From the NCBI GenBank assembly GCA_963777505.1, contig CAVZQN010000008.1, positions 1-64,000 on the forward strand: a stretch of 64,000 bases of DNA, given 5' to 3'. The first letter of the stretch is position 1; each line of letters begins with the position of its first letter. The position numbers were made by a program, and so were the translations under genes. Below the pieces are notes generated by a model that did no database searches, was not told the DNA's origin, and was given only the letters and a program-made list of their open reading frames with translations. This DNA comes from an uncultured bacterium. GTDB taxonomy: Bacteria; Acidobacteriota; HRBIN11; JAKEFK01. This document shows positions 61,545-64,000 of this stretch, piece after piece.

Positions 61545-61994
61545 CTACTGTTTCGCCAGCAGGTTGGAGCTCCACATATCCCGATAACGTCTCCAGCCAT
61601 CAGTTCCTTTTTTCCAAACTGCGAGGTATTTGCCGCTGTCCGTAACTTTGCCGGAGGAATCAAGAATCGTGTATTTCCCAACTTCACATCCTAAATTTCC
61701 ATTACTTTCGGTTTCAACAACTTCTACTTTTGCGGTCTTGCCGGAATCCATAATTGTTTTCCAAAAAGACCGAATTCCATCTCTGCCTCTCACCCATTCG
61801 TGATTAGGGGGAAATGCAATCGCGTCTGTCACGTAAAAATCACCAACAGTATTCCAATCCTTTGCTGCGACTGCTGCGTTAAAACCTTTGGCAGTGGTTG
61901 TAACTGCAGTTTTGAATTCGTCGGTAGCGACAGCAACATTAAGCAGTGTCATGCAAAAAAGAAAAACAAAAAATGTGAAAATAATTCGTTTCAT
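61545..61994 (-). CDS. Secreted DUF4440/SnoaL-like (YybH) protein
   Basis: Signal peptide; GRDGIRSFW, GKYLAVWKK...WRRYRDMWSS. Confidence 0.82.
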   Translation of the reverse strand: MKRIIFTFFVFLFCMTLLNVAVATDEFKTAVTTTAKGFNAAVAAKDWNTVGDFYVTDAIAFPPNHEWVRGRDGIRSFWKTIMDSGKTAKVEVVETESNGNLGCEVGKYTILDSSGKVTDSGKYLAVWKKGTDGWRRYRDMWSSNLLAKQ

Positions 61995-62075
61995 AATTCA
62001 ATCTCCTTTTCTTTTCGTGCCGGAAAGATATCATGGGCATGTTTCAGGTATGTTTCGAGCGCAATATGAAGCAGG

Positions 62076-62171
62076 ATACTCAAATTCGTCGGCAGCCATC
62101 TCGTGAGATTGCCTGAATTCGCTGATTTGAGTACAATCCTTTCCCGACATCTTCCCGAACTCCGGCCGTGA
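62076..62171 (+). pseudogene. Orphan duplicate of the last ~30 codons of the AmgK-like gene
   Basis: ILKFVGSHLVRLPEFADLSTILSRHLPELRP* versus TLEYVQKHLTRLPEYADLSTILSRYLPEFRTEST* (61396-61500). Confidence 0.75.
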
Positions 62172-62242
62172 ACCTGTCACTTAATTTCCTGGCGACATGG
62201 CGTCTTGGCGGTTGAGCTAAGTAAAATTATTCTTGAGGCATC

Positions 62243-63535
62243 ATGAAACAAACATACATTGAGAATGTCAGCAAACATGAAGGACAAGAAATCACCATCA
62301 AAGGGTGGCTTCAGAACAAACGTTCTTCCGGCAAAATTCAATTCTTAATTATTCGAGATGGTACAGGCTCCATTCAGGGCGTTATCAGTGCATCATCTGT
62401 GTCTCCCGAAGTCTTTCAGCAATTCGAACGTGTGACACAGGAAAGTGCCATCATTGTTCATGGCAAAGTTCGCGCAGATAAGCGCGCGCCAAGCGGTTTT
62501 GAGATGGATATCACCGGATATGAAATCGTTAGCATTGCCGATGAATATCCGATTACACCAAAGGAACATGGCACAGCTTTTTTAATGGAGAAGCGTCATC
62601 TGTGGCTGCGGTCTTCAAGACAACATGCTGTATTAAGAATCCGCGATGAGATTATTCGCGCCTGCCGTGATTTTCTTCATCAAGAAAATTTCACTCTAAT
62701 CGATTCTCCGATTTTCACGCCAGCGGCCTGCGAAGGAACTACAACTCTGTTTGAAACGAACTACTTTGATGAAAAAGCGTACCTCACACAAAGCGGACAA
62801 CTCTACAACGAAGCAGCTTGTATGGCGTTTGGAAAAGTATATTGTTTTGGCCCGACATTCCGTGCGGAAAAATCCAAAACGCGCAGGCACCTTACAGAAT
62901 TCTGGATGATTGAACCAGAAATTGCCTACGCTGAACTCGACGACGTCATGGAGCTTTCGGAGAATTTCATTTCCTATATCGTCAAAAGAGTTTTAGAGAA
63001 TCGAAAACTGGAGTTAAAGACGTTAGAGCGAGATACTGCTCCTCTTGAAAAGATCGTTCCACCATTTCCAAGAATTTCCTACGATGATGCCGCGCGCCTG
63101 TTAAAGGAAAAAGGACTTCCCTTTGAATACGGAAGTGATTTTGGCGGCACGGATGAAACGGTCCTTTCCGAGAGTTTTGATAAACCAGTGATGGTGCATC
63201 GTTATCCAGCGGCAGTGAAGGCATTTTATATGCAGCCTGATCCTGAAGATTCAACCAAAGCGTTGTGCGTGGATGTTCTTGCCCCTGAAGGCTATGGTGA
63301 AGTCATCGGAGGCAGTCAGCGTATTCATGATTACAATTTGTTAATGCAGCGGATTCAAGAGCACAAATTGCCGGTGGAAGCATTTGAATGGTATCTGGAC
63401 TTAAGGAAATATGGGACGGTTCCGCATGGCGGTTTCGGAATGGGAATTGAGCGGATGGTTTCCTGGATTTGCAAACTTGAGCATGTACGTGAGACAATCC
63501 CCTTCCCCCGCATGCTGTACAAGATTTACCCTTAG
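62243..63535 (+). CDS. asnS: Asparagine--tRNA ligase
   Basis: [43 protein letters not shown]. Confidence 0.96.
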   Translation: MKQTYIENVSKHEGQEITIKGWLQNKRSSGKIQFLIIRDGTGSIQGVISASSVSPEVFQQFERVTQESAIIVHGKVRADKRAPSGFEMDITGYEIVSIADEYPITPKEHGTAFLMEKRHLWLRSSRQHAVLRIRDEIIRACRDFLHQENFTLIDSPIFTPAACEGTTTLFETNYFDEKAYLTQSGQLYNEAACMAFGKVYCFGPTFRAEKSKTRRHLTEFWMIEPEIAYAELDDVMELSENFISYIVKRVLENRKLELKTLERDTAPLEKIVPPFPRISYDDAARLLKEKGLPFEYGSDFGGTDETVLSESFDKPVMVHRYPAAVKAFYMQPDPEDSTKALCVDVLAPEGYGEVIGGSQRIHDYNLLMQRIQEHKLPVEAFEWYLDLRKYGTVPHGGFGMGIERMVSWICKLEHVRETIPFPRMLYKIYP

Positions 63536-63553
63536 CGTCTCTGCGGTAAGAAA

Positions 63554-64000
63554 ATGAAACGTATTGGATTAATTAGTCTAGGCTGTCCAAAAAATCTTGT
63601 CGATAGCGAAGCTATGCTTGGACAGCTTGTAGAGAAGGGCTTTTCCGTAAGCTCTGATCCTGCTGATTCCGAAATCATCATTGTAAATACATGCGGTTTC
63701 ATTGAGCCAGCCAAGAAGGAATCGATCGATACCATTTTGCGGGCGGCACAATACAAGGTTCAGGATCCAGATAAGAAACTGATTGTTGCCGGATGTCTCG
63801 TTCAACGCTACGGAAAAGAGCTACGAAAAGAGCTTCCCGAGGTGGACCATTTTGTCACTTTAAACGATGTTGAACGCATCGTAGAAGCTTGCGGTGCCGA
63901 ATTTGAAGAACGTCTGGATGGTCAACCAGCCGAATATATATATGACGGCAAAGTGCGGCGCATTATTACGACTCCCGGTTCGTATGCATATTTGAAAATT
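63554..64000 (+). CDS. rimO: Ribosomal protein S12 methylthiotransferase (partial)
   Basis: MKRIGLISLGCPKNLVDSE...NTCGFI...GCLVQRY...ELPEVD. Confidence 0.92.
   Translation, partial: MKRIGLISLGCPKNLVDSEAMLGQLVEKGFSVSSDPADSEIIIVNTCGFIEPAKKESIDTILRAAQYKVQDPDKKLIVAGCLVQRYGKELRKELPEVDHFVTLNDVERIVEACGAEFEERLDGQPAEYIYDGKVRRIITTPGSYAYLKI

Overview
Bacterial chromosomal window. Gene content (ECF/CHAT locus, Tes-like radical SAM, REP-type repeats) suggests an Acidobacteriota-like organism; that is inference. Many single-base frameshifts point to a long-read or low-coverage assembly. Bases ~18.3-64 kb are mostly housekeeping and metabolic: a Tes/GDGT-MAS-like radical SAM enzyme, GAF/HD-GYP, Rieske plus fused cytochrome b/c, tadA, carAB, a molybdo-oxidoreductase with an FeS-NrfD partner, glycosyltransferases, thiS/G/D, tatA, selB, namZ, udgB, cysteine dioxygenase, MurU/AmgK-like genes, asnS and rimO. 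Bases 1-17 kb hold the most interesting element, an apparent protease-controlled ECF signalling island. It contains an atypical ECF sigma, a zinc-finger anti-sigma with a DUF928-like outer domain, a Ser/Thr kinase-TPR protein and two signal-peptide-bearing TPR-CHAT proteases. Six copies of a bipartite motif, GGTAATA-N16/17-CTC(C/A)A(A/G)TA, lie upstream of the sigma gene (degenerate copy), a SycD-like chaperone/cargo pair and a series of secreted-protein cassettes. Two motif-driven ORFs share a Q(T/I)EYGGP(D/N)S leader. One of them, and the chaperone cargo, are mosaics of short motifs resembling DUF1559/Hcp-type proteins. Other notable items are a candidate ~105-nt sRNA behind a perfect sigma70 promoter, a duplicated gene 3' end flanking an inserted gene, and widespread leaderless-type gene starts.
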